Of a stretch of 64,000 nt of DNA, positions 40,388-53,456 are shown piece after piece. The stretch covers positions 93,932,001-93,996,000 of the forward strand of contig CM059432.1 of NCBI GenBank assembly GCA_030390025.1, given 5' to 3'. The stretch comes from Squalus acanthias (Eukaryota). The notes beneath the pieces were generated by a model that did no database searches, was not told where the DNA came from, and saw only the letters and a list, made by a program, of their open reading frames with translations. How positions within the stretch are numbered: position 1 is the stretch's first letter; each line of letters begins with the position of its first letter. Both the position numbers and the translations under genes were made by a program.

Positions 40388-41680
40388 GCTCAATTTAGGA
40401 TCTGCCAAGACCATTTGGCAAAAGACCTCATTACAGCCTTGGTCCGAACATGGACAAAAGAGCTGAATTCCAGAGGTGAGGCATGAGTGACTGCCCTCGA
40501 CATCGAGGCAACATTTGACCGAATGTGACATCAAAGAGCCCTAGTAAAACTGAACTGAATGGCGATCAGAGGGAAAACTCTTCAATGGCTGGAGTCATAC
40601 TTAGCACAAAGGAAGATGGTTGTGGTTGTTGGAGGCCAATCATCTCAGCTCCAGGACATCGCTGAAAGAATTCCTTCGGGCAGCATCCTACGCCTAACTA
40701 TCTTCAGCTGCGTCATCAACTACCCTTTCATCATCAGATGATCAGAAGTGGGGCTGTTCGCTGATGATTGCACAATGTTCAGGTTCACAATACCTCAGAA
40801 AATGAAGCAGTTCATGACCGCATGCAGTAAGAGCTGAACAACATCTAGGCTTGGGCTGATAAGTGGAAAGTAACATTTGTGCTTTAGCATCCACTTCCTC
40901 CACCAGCAGCGTACCATGGCAACAGTGTTTTTTTTTAATTCATTCACGGGATGTAGGAGTCACTGGCAAGGCCAGCATTGATTGCCCATCCCCAATATGT
41001 CCTCAAGGAGGTGGTGGTGAGTTGCCATCTTGACAGCCGAGTGGCTTGCTAGGCCATTTCGGAGGGCAGTTAAGAGTCAACCGCATTGCTGTGGGTCTGG
41101 AGTCACATATAGGCCAGACCAGGTAAGGAAGGCCGATTTCCTTCCCTAAAGGGCATTAGCGAACCAGGAGTTTTTACGACAATCCAGTAGTTACATGGCC
41201 ATCAGTTTATTCCAGATTTATTTAACTGAATTTAAATTCCCCAGCTGCTGTGGTGGGATATGAACTCATGTCTCTGGATCATTAGTCTAGGCCTCTGGAT
41301 TACTGGTCCAGTAACATTACCACTATGCTACCGTTCCCATGTATTATCTACAGAATGCACTGCAGCAACTCGCCAAGGCTTTTTCGACAGCACTTCCCGC
41401 ATCTAGAAGTACAAGTGCAGCAGATGCATGGGAACACCATCAAGTTGCCCTCCAAGTCACACACCACCCTACTGGGCCATATAGTGCCATTCCTTCATTG
41501 TCACTGGGTCAATATCCTGGAATTACCCACCGAACAGCATTGTGGGAGTACCTTCACCACACTGACTGCAACAGTTCAAATAAAAAAGGCTCACCGTCAC
41601 CTTATCCAGTGCTACTAGGGATGAGCAATAAATGCCAGCCTTGCCCGGGTCGCCCACATCCCAAGAATTAATTTTTAAAA
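40388..41680 (+). mobile_element. CR1/L2-group LINE (second family) fragment, interrupted by a SINE
   Basis: GKTLQWLESYLAQRKMVVVVGGQSS; tail gcaataaatgccagccttgcc. Confidence 0.88.
40929..41337 (-). mobile_element. tRNA-derived SINE with LINE-derived 3' tail
   Basis: Head ggtagcatagtggtaatgttactgg...gagttcatatccc; tail gggcaatcaatgctggccttgccagtgac...tgaatgaattaaaa. Confidence 0.85.
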
Positions 41681-44613
41681 AGCAACTATCTGCGCAAACA
41701 ATTGTAGCTCATACCAAAGGCATTCCCAAATGTAAATACAATCCAAGACATCAAAAAGGTTAAAGTTTATTTATTCTGATGCTGGAATCTAGCCAGATCA
41801 TATATGTGCATATCCTATTTGCTTAGACCAAAAGAATTATCCTCATTTTTAATTAAAATATGTCCTTCAATCGGTGAAGAATTAATGCTTCCAAAATGTG
41901 AACTGTAAACACAAGCTGCAATGTATATAAATTCTTCTAAAAATAACTAAAGGGTCTTTCTCCTTTCGGCACGATGTAGCCTTTATCATACTCCTTTTTG
42001 CTTAAGAGCCAACAGCTGTCAGTTATACTCTCCCTTGTGCACTTTACTGCATTTAATAATCCCCGAGAAGCCAGGCAACCTATAATTTCAAGCTCCAGCT
42101 GTCACAGACTCACTAATGGGACTGCTGCTACACATTAAAGCCTCTTCTGAAGCCACAGGCTTTCTGCACTAACTAAAAGCAAAAATGTACTGGATTGCCA
42201 GAGTTCATTCTATGCTAAAGATAATTCTACATTATTTAGTAGACATATAAAATGTAATATATTTTCATGATCTTGGAAACTAAAGTAATCATTCAGAACT
42301 ATAGCTTGGCCATTGTTGCTTCACTGTGACATTACTTCTGAAAATAAGCCACATTTAGAAGGCTTACGTTAGATCTTGATGACCTCCCCCCTCCCCCAGT
42401 ATGTTCTTGCAATCAAGAATGTTGTCTACTTCAGATTTACAGGGTTATTGTCCAGTGTACATCACAACACAAAGAACAGAGGATGCATTACAACAGAGTT
42501 TTAAAATATAGGGATTGATAATATTCAAACAGAAGATATAAATAGTAAAAACCATAGACACCTTTACCAAATAAGGTTGTTATAAATGATTAAAATGAAA
42601 ACATGACTAATTCTTTATGATTTATTTATAATTGGTTGATCCATATGGTTACCCACTGTTGAGCAACAATTTGACATTTCATTAAAATTGTACCACCCTT
42701 TTCCTGATCCTCTGGCAGTGTATTAACATTTGTAATAAAAAGGGCATGTGTTTAATTCCTGCAGTATCACAAATATAACCCATTAATAAAATGCAAAAAT
42801 AAAAAGAAAGCATATCAGCCATTAACCCACATAGCTATAAACCCATTAATTCAGCATTTAGCTGCCCTGGAAATCATACACTTGCTCATTCATACTCTCT
42901 TACGAATTAATTCCCAATATACTGCTCATTCAAATGGACACAGTTGTGACTATTTTCATTTTTACTGCTAAGAAAGTATGAATTGCCCCGATTTCTGCAC
43001 AAGTTGCTCATCAATTCTTCCCATAATGTCAATCACAGCAGCTATTTTTTGTTTAATTTGCTGATGTATTTTTTCTCCCTCTCTGGGTCTTTCCCACTGT
43101 AAAGAGGCACTATTACCAGCTTTCTGTAACTCTTCACCAGTCTACTCGGCATGTGAAAAAGAACAATGTGCCTTATCTCCTTCCCTTTGGAGATGCACCT
43201 AACACCCACATGAGATAACTCATTCTAACAGCACTGCTTGCTCAGTGAACTGGAGGACATTGTGCGTTTTTAATGTAGACGGCAACCATCACGCCCAGAG
43301 CCGGAGATGCCCACCTCCATGCTTCAGGGATTCTCTCTCTCTCTCCTTCCATTCCCACCTTTGTTCAACAGAGTGGCACTCGGTCTCCAAATTTATGCCT
43401 CTTCAGCCACCACCCCCCACTTCCCCGTCCATCTCAAGGTAGCAGAAACAAAGACATCAGCAGTCTTCAAAATACAGCTGAATACTGGTCTGGGAGAGTA
43501 CTGAAGGTGTGGGTTTCAACGGGCCAAACGACCTTTCCTGGTCCTTGATTGTTGGATCACTTTTCCTACACTAATGATACACTGCCTTTGTCTGTCTTCT
43601 ACCCACAATAGGCTATCTCTTCTCTCTCTCCTCGCTTCTGCTCAAAAGGGTCTCTGCCTCTCTCTCTCTTGCCAAGTTTCAAATAGACCCATCACTCTTT
43701 CCTTCTCCTATCACCACAAAAGGATATCTCTCACACTGTCAATTTGTTCTCCCCTGAACCAGGTCCCTAAAGTGGTCTTTTCCCCTTTCCTATCCCCAAC
43801 ACTTAACAAGGACTTTCTTCCCTTCCTCCCTGGGGCAGGGGGGCGGGGGGGGGGGGGAGCCTCTTTCGTCCCCTTCTCCCACGACAGCATTTGTCGCACT
43901 ATTTTTTCCCCCATTCCCTGAACTGCTGCTGAACTAAATAATTGTCAAGAGTTTATTCTTCGGAGATGAAGCCCTACGCAGGACTATACTGGGCCCAGAC
44001 GCGGGACTGTAGAGGCAGCGCACGCCTGAAACAACAATGCATACCAATTTCTACCCCATTGTTTATTCAAGCCCTTTCCATTTTCTTCTCTCTGCTCTTA
44101 TTTCTTTTTGTCATTTCTTTTCTGCGTCTCTTTCCTACTCTTTTGTTTGACCTCATGCTCTCCACAATTTCTGCAACCTTCGCATTGCCACGTGACAAGA
44201 CTGCAGGAGACCGAGGCAGGGAACAGGCCAATGATGCATCAGTGATAGGAAGGGGTAAGCCACAGAAATGAGGAAGACGTGTCCTTGTGACAAATTATTA
44301 GTAGGCTTGTGGAACCATGCCCTAGCTTGAGTCACCGCCTGCAGCCAAATAGGAGAGAAAATTGGGTCTAAAGCCGAGGAAAGAACAACTTTGAGAATAT
44401 CAGATTCTCTGTAGGATCACATTTAATTCTATAAATTCACTTTTAAGACTTTAAGAAATCTAGGAGACACTGATGTCAAGCCTAAATATAGAAGTCAACA
44501 GAGTTACCAGTAAAAACTTATTCAACATGGTTTTTGCCATAAGATGTCCCTCCTATTAGATGTGAATGACTTCCACCATGGCCCATAACAGATACAAGTT
44601 TGTATCACACAAG

Positions 44614-45291
44614 GGCCTGGAGTTTCCACTGCTGGTTTTCAGCACAATTCGTCCGAAATCAGCCAAACCAATGCAAATGATCGAGAAATTTCAAGCGCAA
44701 TTACGTCCAGCGGAAATCGCATTTCTGTGATCTTTTGCACTAGTTTAAAAAACATTGCGCTAGAAGCCAGCCCCGCCCACAAAACTGGCCACGCCCACAT
44801 ATCATATTAATCCCCATTGCAAGTTTCTGCTAACTGCGCCTGTTCACGGGCCTTCGAGGAGACTCTTAAAATTAAGCTTTTTTTGGCTCAAGGACACAAA
44901 TAGGCACCTTCTAAAAGCTTTTAAATTTTTTAATTTACTAAGAAACACTATTGTACACCAATGTAACTAGTAAATGGTTCTGTAAGTCATTTTCAGTTAT
45001 GTAAAATCGCGTTACTCACGAGTGGTGGGCTAGACACCCGATCAAAAATGCTCATTTCTTGAGATAAACCCATTTTCAGCTGTATTAATAAAACTGCACC
45101 AAGTTACCACATCAAGGAATAAGTTTAATTCAATTTTTTTTTAATTATATTCTAAAACGCTGCCCGTGGCAGATTTTATGTTCAATGATATGCAAATGAG
45201 TGAGCAGAAACTTGAGCAAATTTTTTTTTGAGAACTAGCACTATTTTGGAGCAATTTGCACCCATTGTGCCCAAATTGGTAACTCTTGGCC
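44614..45291. mobile_element. ~680-bp non-autonomous TIR element
   Basis: GGCCTGGAGTTTCCA ... TGGTAACTCTTGGCC. Confidence 0.7.
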
Positions 45292-45324
45292 AACAATCAT
45301 TCTGCATGGATATTAATACACTTG

Positions 45325-45495
45325 GGGGCCAAGTTTGACTTTGTTCGATAGCTTAAAACGGGTGATAGTGAATCAGCAGCCCCTTTCACATCTCTCAATT
45401 TTTATTTCCATTGACTTCAACGAAAACCGAGAAAAATGGGCTGCCGACTCGCTATCACCCATTTTACACTATTGTATAAAGTCAAAATGACTCCC
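45325..45495. mobile_element. Fold-back MITE, TTG TSD
   Basis: ~60-bp imperfect inverted arms (tttgacttt...gggtgatagtgaatcagcagccc / gggctgccgactcgctatcaccc...aaagtcaaaa). Confidence 0.75.
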
Positions 45496-46162
45496 TTGTA
45501 CTTTATTCTCTCCTACATAGTAGATTACTCTCTTTGGGATAACAGTTCATATCACCTGCAAATAAGACCTTCAAATGAAATTTTACTGGCACTAGGATAG
45601 ACTATAAATCCCAGTTTCCAATTAAGTACACTCGATATATGCCAGTAAAAAACTGAACTAATCAAACTAAGATACATGTGAAGAACAATAAAAACAGGTT
45701 AATAGCTTCAAAGCAAATTATAGTGTTTTGGCAACAATGAATGTCAAGCACTTTCAGCAACATTTCTGATACAATGGATTCCACTTCCTGCCATATTCCA
45801 GGTAGTTGTCTTAAGCACTTGCTTTATTTAAACACCCACCCCCATCATCATTTCTAAATGTAGCTGGTTAAATTTTTTTTCATTTGACTATTTTTTTTAA
45901 AGCATATACTTTGTGTGTTTTTTGTTGCATTCGATTCCAGTGATGAACAGATTACAAGTGCTCAAAGCAACCACTAAAGATAGAAGTTAATGTTAATCCA
46001 AAAACCTTCAACACTGAAATATCAGGCAGTGTGAAATCTGCTTTTTTTCCCCCCTTTTTACAACATACCCCCAGACGATTTTTAAGGCCTCATTTCCATG
46101 TGGCTCGTCAGTCGCTCAGCCGAATCCACTACCTGGCAAGCAGCAGGCCGCAGCCATTGAGA

Positions 46163-47650
46163 CCCTGTGGAAATAGTTCCGGTACAGCTACAACACTGGC
46201 ATCTATCAGACAATGTGGAAAACTACCCACGTATGTCCTGTCCACAAAAAGCAGGACAAATCCAATCCAGCCAATTACCGCCCCAACAGTCTGCTCTCAA
46301 TCATCAGCAAAGTGATGGAAGGTGTCATCAACAGTGTTATCAAGCGGCACTTACTCACCAATAACTGCTCACTGATGCCCAGTTTGGTTTCCACTAGAAC
46401 CACGTGGCCCCGGGCCTCATTACAGCCTAGGTCCAAACATGGACAAAAGGAGCTGAATTCCAGAGGTGAGGTGAGAGTGACTGCCCTTGACATCAAGGCA
46501 GCATTTGACCGAGTGTGGCATCAAGGTGCCCTAGTAAAACTGAAGTCAATGGGAAGCAGGGAGAAAACGCTCCACTGGCTGGAGTCATACCTAGCACAAA
46601 GGAAGATGATTGTGGTGGTTGGTGGTCAATCATCACAGCCCCAGGACATCGCTGCAGGAGTTCCTCAGAGCAGTGTCCTAGGCCCAACCATCTTTAGCTG
46701 CTTCATCAATGACCTTCCCTCCAACATAAGTTCAGAAATGGGGACATTCGCTGATGACTGCACAGTGCTCAGCGCCATTCACAACTCCTCACATAATGAA
46801 GTAGTCCATGCCCGCATGCAACAAGACCTGGATGACATTCAGGCTTGGGCTGATAAATGGCAAGTAACATTCGCGCCACAGAAGTGCCAGGCAATTACTA
46901 TCTCCAACAAGCGAGAGTCTAACCATCGCCCCTTGACATTCAACAGCATTACCATCACCGAATCCCCCACCATCAACATCCTGGGGGTCACCATTGACCA
47001 GAAACTTAACTGGACCAGCCACATAAATACTGTGGCAATACGGACGTCAGAGGCTAGGTATTCTGCGATGAGTGTCTCACCTCCTGACTCCCCAAAGCCT
47101 TTCCACCATCTACAAGGCACAAGTAAGGAGTTTGATGGAATACTCTCCACTTGCCTGGATGAGTGCAGCTCCAACAACACTCAAGAAGCTCAACACCATC
47201 CAGGACAAAGCAGCCCGCTTGATTGGCACCCCATCCACCACCTTAAAACATTCACTCCCTCCACCATCGGTGTACTGTGGCTGCAGTGTGTACCATCTAC
47301 AAGATGCACTGCAGCAACTCGCCAAGGCTCCTTTGGCAGCATCTCAAACCCACAACCTCTACCACCTAGAAGGACAAGGGCAGCAGGCACATGGGAACAC
47401 CATCACCTCCAAGTTACCCTCCAAATTACACACCATCCTGACTTAGAAGTATATCGTAGTTCCTTCATTGTCGCTGGGTCAAAATCCTGGAACTCCCTCC
47501 CTAACAGCACTGTGGGAGTACCTTCACCATACTGACTGTAGCGGTTCAAGGCGACGGCTCACCACCACCTTCTCGTGGGCAACTAGGGATGGGCAATAAA
47601 TGCTGGCCTTGCCAGCGACGCCCAGCTCCCATGAATGAATCAAAAAAAAC
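46163..47650 (+). mobile_element. CR1/L2-group LINE (second family), RT domain largely in frame
   Basis: PVHKKQDKSNPANYRP, ALDIKAAFDRVWH, GVPQSSVLGP, FADDC; frameshifts on both sides; tail ccatgaatgaatcaaaaaa. Confidence 0.95.
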
Positions 47651-47659
47651 GGTCCCCAG

Positions 47660-48070
47660 CACTATGTTAGGTTGATTGGGAGGTCAGCAGGTGATCATGG
47701 TTGGGAGGCTGGGGAGGAAAGCTCAGGGCTGGGGAAGCTCAAGGTTACCTTGTGGTCCTGGAGAAAATTTAAAACATCTTACCTCACTGGGCCTCAACTG
47801 GCCTTCAATGCAGCTCCTGGCAGGTTTGGCTTGACGGGGGAAGGCACCACTCGCCGCTCACTCAATCTCAAGCTGAAATTGCAGTCGTCTGGGCCAGATC
47901 CGCACATTTGAGGCAGGACCCCACTGCCTTCTGGCAAGTGTCCCACACGCCTGCTGAAAACATGTTAAAATCCAATCCCACAGAAGGCCGCGGGATCCCA
48001 GGGGCTGCAACCCTGCCTTTATTTTATCTGCCCCCCACCTCGTTTCCATGGGCGGGCTTAAAATTTCCAC
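47660..48070. mobile_element. Truncated non-autonomous DNA-element remnant
   Basis: GC-rich, ends ggcgggcttaaaatttccacc like other MITE termini here. Confidence 0.4.
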
Positions 48071-50231
48071 CAAAGAGTAATTCTGCTCTTTCTACATCTG
48101 TTCAAAATGAATCATTTTTACACAATATCGGACTTTGATCTCAGCAACAATCATTGCACATTAAATACTTTAATCTGCTGAATAAATCTGACAAGGGCAT
48201 TGAATCTAAGTTCTGGCTGCAAATTGATAGGAGGCTGCTGGAGGGAACATCATTTGGTGCTAGAAACTGAACAGCTCTGTCTGAAAAAGATGGAAAATTC
48301 TTGTCTCAAAAAAACAGCAAACAACTTCCAAAAAGCAAATACTGTGTAGCCCTGTATAGACACACTACTGTAAATCTGCATTACACATAAATTATCAAGA
48401 ATTACTGTGCAAAATCAAAAGAAATTCTCATGGTAGAATATCAGCTTGAAGTAAATTTGAATCAGGCTGATGAAAAACAAACCAATTTCTGGTGAGACTC
48501 ATCAATACATGCATCAAAGAATAATTTTATATTGTAAAACAAAATGACTGCTTTGAGGCAGAAGCATAAAATGAAATCTGTTTTTATTTGTTCACCCTGG
48601 TTAGGCAAGGTATAGCCCCCTACCTCATCTCAATAGTCATTATATCACAATTATCTTCAGAAATGTTCTATGATAAAGAAACTAAATTCTGGAGCAACTG
48701 AAATCCACCTCCATAGTATTGTACTTAATATCTACCTTTTTCGTATCATGGTTCTTCCTATACCACCCACAAATATATATTATATATATAATAAATATAA
48801 ATACAATTTCAGTGTTGGTCACATGCAAGACTCAATATTAATTATGGTATAAGGCCACCATTAATCTAACTGCTTTTAACACTTCTGTAGTTAAATTGAT
48901 GGGTGAATTACTATCTATTGCAGCTTGAAGAGGGGTAGAGAGAAACTTTACATCAGGTTACTGCAAAATATCTACCATGCCAGTTTGTTGCAAAGTATAG
49001 CCCAAGCGTCACTGCATTTCTATTACACATAACTGAAACTGGGCAAATTAATTATGTAAGGAGCAGTGACTGACGTATGTATTAAATAGGTAGTGCACCT
49101 GTGGATAATATACAGCAACTACCATAGTAAAATGCTTCAGTCTGTGAATAGGTCATTATGTTGTAATGTCTTACCAGAACAATGAGTAACCAGGTCAAAG
49201 CAAGACATCTTGCCAGAAGCATTGTGGCCTCTGGTGGAAATAGCAGTATATCCATGGTAGCTGCTTTATTTCTATTACATTGCAACAGGATAATATATAC
49301 AATTATTTGTCGAGACAAACCACATGAAAACAGAAAATGTTCTATGGGAGTTTGGTCTGAATGAATACTCAATGGGCTGATGCTGCTGCTGTGGATGCAT
49401 CACCCTTCCAAGTGAAATTTCAAGGTCAGGTGTTTAAGATAAAAATAAATTTTAAAAAACCATTCAAACAATACTTCCAAACCAACAACTCTAGTAATTG
49501 TTTACACAGAAAGCACATACAAATAAAGAATGCTCTACTGACTAAACAAGTGCACTCTCTTTTTCCCTAAAATTAAATCAGTACAAATTTACTTCTGAAA
49601 ACCTTATTTTGGTATGGAGTGTGTGAATAAATTCAAAGTTGATCTTCGGTCAATAATTTTACCAATTCTTTTAAATTGATGCTGTGGCTAAATAATTATC
49701 TATAAATGTATCAATACCATTAAAAAAATCAAGTCCCTTGATTTCCAGGGGTTTTATTTAAATTTAACAAAAGGTGGCAGCACTAATGAAGAAAATTTAA
49801 TTTTGTGTAAAATTGAGTATCAAGCATTAAACTGGAGATACCAGCACATATTTAAATTGTGAAGATTCAACTTTCACAATGTTTTAAAGGTACCTGGATA
49901 TATTTAAAGCAATGTGCAGGATACAATTAGCTGCATGTAGCAGGGTGACTTGGAGCAACAGCATCTTAACAGCCCTGGATTAATCACTGGCCTTTCTTTG
50001 TTGCATTATCAAGTACTCATGCTACAGAATATCTTAAAATGAAGCATAAAATGAACATGCTTAATGAATATAATAAGGACATTCAAGACGACAATGAAAT
50101 GCAACCTTGTTTGGAAATATGGAACACACTAAAGTTGAAAGGCATCAAATGTGATGCAAGTTTCCAAAGATGGATTCCTGGCCACTTTCAAGGTTTCTCT
50201 TGATGGCTACCATATGTTGCCACAAACTTAC

Positions 50232-50420
50232 CAGTGAGGAGGAGAGAGGCGAAATTCAGCCTTCCCCCTGCCTGGTGCGGGAATAAAGTGAGAGAAGGTG
50301 GCAGGGTCGGCGGCAGCTTTTCTCAGTCACGATGCGGTCCGGAGAGTGCTGTCACTGCAGCGGTCCACAACTGCCATTTACTCCACACCACACCCACCGC
50401 ATTGCAGAACTGCTGGCAAT
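50232..50420 (-). other. Candidate alternative first exon / intraexon with strong donor
   Basis: Minus strand GCTGAATTTCGCCTCTCTCCTCCTCACTG|GTAAGT; donor at 50232/50231; moderately CpG-rich upstream. Confidence 0.55.
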
Positions 50421-50689
50421 GGGGAAACAATCAAAGCTGCAACTCATCTTACTGACCAAAAGAGATGAATCACGCAGGGATCTCCCTCTTTTTGTGCACT
50501 AACACGTAGACATATCTGTAATTATGCACAAAATGTTATATAACGTTTTATACATTTAGAAGCATAATTGATGAACCACCCACCCACCCTCAGAATTACC
50601 CTTCTGGCGAAACCAAACACAATGTGGCATATTTCGAGATCATATTTCCAGCTTCAAATATGCCTTTTGAGGTCTTTATTTCGTGTATT

Positions 50690-51560
50690 CTATTGCAGCG
50701 TTTCAGTCATCGACTTTGCAAATTCGTAAACACCACACATCCGAACCGCTGCGATCAAAGTGGCTCCTACAGTGCGATCCGACACTATTATCACTATATA
50801 TATATGTCTGCCGTGTTAAAATCAGCAGCGAATAAAGCTGCCCGCGAGCCGTGCGCGGCCCCATTGCAAGAGACCACATGAAAAGCGATCACAAGACAGG
50901 GAGAGAGTAAACAGAGCTCCGAGCCCGCCACTTAAATCGTGCAGCCCAGCCCTACATCCCCACCAACTGCTCACATCCTGCTGACTCAAATAGAAAACTG
51001 ACAGGAATTACATTTTAAAATAAAAAACCCAGAAAGTTGAATATGGCGCCGGGGGCAGACGGCAGAAAGCGGGCGAGGAGCGGCGCGGCGCGGCGCCCGG
51101 GGAGGGGAGCGCAGCGCTGGGTGCAGAGCCATACCTTGGCCGTCCTTGTAGCAGAGCCGGCTGAAGCACGCTGACTAGCGGCGGCGATGAGCAGCAAGCT
51201 TCCTCCTGAGCCACGCGTCACCGCACCCACAACACGCCAACTCTCCAGCGTCTTACAGCAGCCGGGGGCCCGCCAAATCACTGCCCCGGCTCCAGCCGCC
51301 ACCCACTCGTCCCCCCTTTGAAGCGTCGCCGCCGCTTTTCTGTCGGGTTGCTGTGTGCGGGTGGTGAGGAAGGAGCAAGGACGGTGGCTTGTTTGCCTGT
51401 GCGCAGTGTTACAGTGCATCAGGGAGACTGGAGGGGGAGCCGGGGGGGTGGGGGGGGGGGGGGAGGAGCGCTCCTCCAACAGCGCTGAACCGGCCACCAC
51501 AGATGGGGCAAGCGAGCGCTGTGGGAATTTGGGGGCTGGAAGCTTCTCGCTCTCTCTCTC
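50690..51560. promoter_or_regulatory. CpG island / probable promoter
   Basis: GC- and CpG-dense (cggcgcggcgcggcgcccgg, gcggcggcg) in an otherwise AT-rich, CpG-depleted window, with no recognisable repeat. Confidence 0.8.
51135..51360 (-). other. EPB41L3: Putative non-coding first exon of the EPB41L3-like gene (5' boundary unknown)
   Basis: Inside the CpG island; donor AAG|GTATGG at 51135/51134; no minus-strand ATG between 51135 and ~51415. Confidence 0.6.
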
Positions 51561-53159
51561 TCTACTCGATGCAGTATAATTAGAAACAGATTGCTTCTGT
51601 ACAGTGTTACACACGCAAAGGAACTTTCCTCAGCTGCATACTTTGATGCATGGCAATTTGTAAGATCCCTTCACTGTTCTGTTGCTGCACTGCATCATTT
51701 AATAAATCAAAATGTAAAACTTTCAAAAATCATTTGTATGTACATTATCGGAACACAATGCACTTATGCACCAAATTGCAAACCCCTTAACCCAGTTAAG
51801 TTTTATTGTTCCGCTGCAGTTTAGTGAACATGATATTGAACCATTTAATAAACTCAAATTTTCCGGTGATGGAACGAAATTTTCCTGAAATATAAATTTT
51901 AAAAAAAGGGAACACTCCCTGTACATTCTGAACTTGCAGTTATTGCTAAGCGTGTGAAAGGCACGCAAAGCTAGAGCGGCCGGTTGGTTAAGGCTCTAAA
52001 AGACCAAGTGGGAGAGGGAGGACACTGCATGTCAAGCTGCTTGATGCGATAGGATTTAATTTCCAGGTGGTGTTTCATATTGCCCAATTTAGCTGCAGAC
52101 ATGTCAGCCAAATGTTTGTGCCACATAAGAGACCTGAATTTCCGCACACAGCTGGATTGAAACGATTACAGCACTCGCTGAGTTGATGGCCGTATCTACC
52201 CACACTAATTCAGGTCCCTCAATTACGGTGTGCCGTTAATTCATCCCAGGCAGCTTTCCCGTTTAGATAGATGGTCGTTTTTTTTCTCGATAATCAAAAA
52301 TACACCGAACAAAATTGTGTTAAAGGTAACTAATTCTTCGTAGGCATTTACTTTTAACAATGCTAAAGAGACTCCTTCATTAAAGCAAAACTGTCTAAAT
52401 AATGAGAAATTATTCGGGTATGGAGGTGTCTTCAGTGTAAAATTAGTATATTCTAAGTAGCATGGTAGATAATTATAATTACACCACTGGATGCTGAGAA
52501 GTGTCTTTCCACCCGTGAATACCTTCGTCCTCTCCCACAAACTGTCAGGTTTCCCATCTCAACCACACTGCTGTGAAGAAACCTCAAGCAGAGAATTATA
52601 AGGCGAGATGGAAAACTTGAACAAGTTCAACCTCAGCTGCTCTCGCATAACTCTAAATAACATTAAGGAAGACCTTCGAGCACGTTGGGTGTGATAGTAT
52701 AGAGCAGAACGAATCTCAATTGGGGAATGAAGAAAAATAAAATAGGACGTTATTCTCTCAAAAACCGTTTGCATGTTAGCAATCAACAAAATGAAGGATT
52801 AAGGTTTGTGTTAATAAATTTCCCACACAGTGAGTTACTGACTTAGTCTGAACCATCAGGAACAAGTGTGAGTAAACATCAGATCAAGAGGGTGAAAAAT
52901 AACGGTGTCACCTCCCAGCAGTTAACACAAGAGCAGCATTTGCTGATCATTGGTCACCATCTGCTCCACTGGCCAGGGGTTGGCGCAAAGTGTGGATGTG
53001 GAAGAAAGCAGGCAGATTAATAACTTTTTTTTTTACAAGCTAGTAAACCTCCTATAGGCATCTTTTCCTGAAAATAGCATCCGAACTCTCGACCTCTACT
53101 TGTTTTTTTTCTGGCAATTCCTTTTTTACCAGTCCAGCAAGGGACTTCTCCAGTCTGAC

Positions 53160-53456
53160 TCTACCAGTTCCAATGAAGAATCACACCTAAACTACGTTAA
53201 TTAATTTTCTCTTTCAGATGCCAAACAACCTTCTGCGCATTTTCAGCATTTTATGATTGTTATCTTTTTCATTTGCTGATTTAGGTTATAGATTACTGAG
53301 CCAAAATGATTGGATATGGAACAAAGAGCAAAAAACTGCAGATGTTGGAAACTTGAAAACAGAAACAGAAAATGTTGTAAACACTCAGCAGGTCAGGCAG
53401 CAACTGTGGAGATAACAGACAAGTCAACACTTCAGGTGTGTGAACTTTGTCACAAC
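53160..53456. mobile_element. Degenerate pair of Penelope-type terminal repeats
   Basis: Similar to 56760-56980 (ctgcagatgttggaaac...actcagcaggtcaggcagc). Confidence 0.55.

Noticed and set aside
46213..47535. 440-aa reverse-transcriptase ORF as a novel RT system or domesticated gene
   Set aside because: Ordinary truncated LINE copy, with frameshifted segments at both ends, a LINE tail and sister copies in the window.
51015..51614. 199-aa ORF in the CpG island
   Set aside because: Low-complexity GC-rich frame spanning a splice donor; no recognisable protein.
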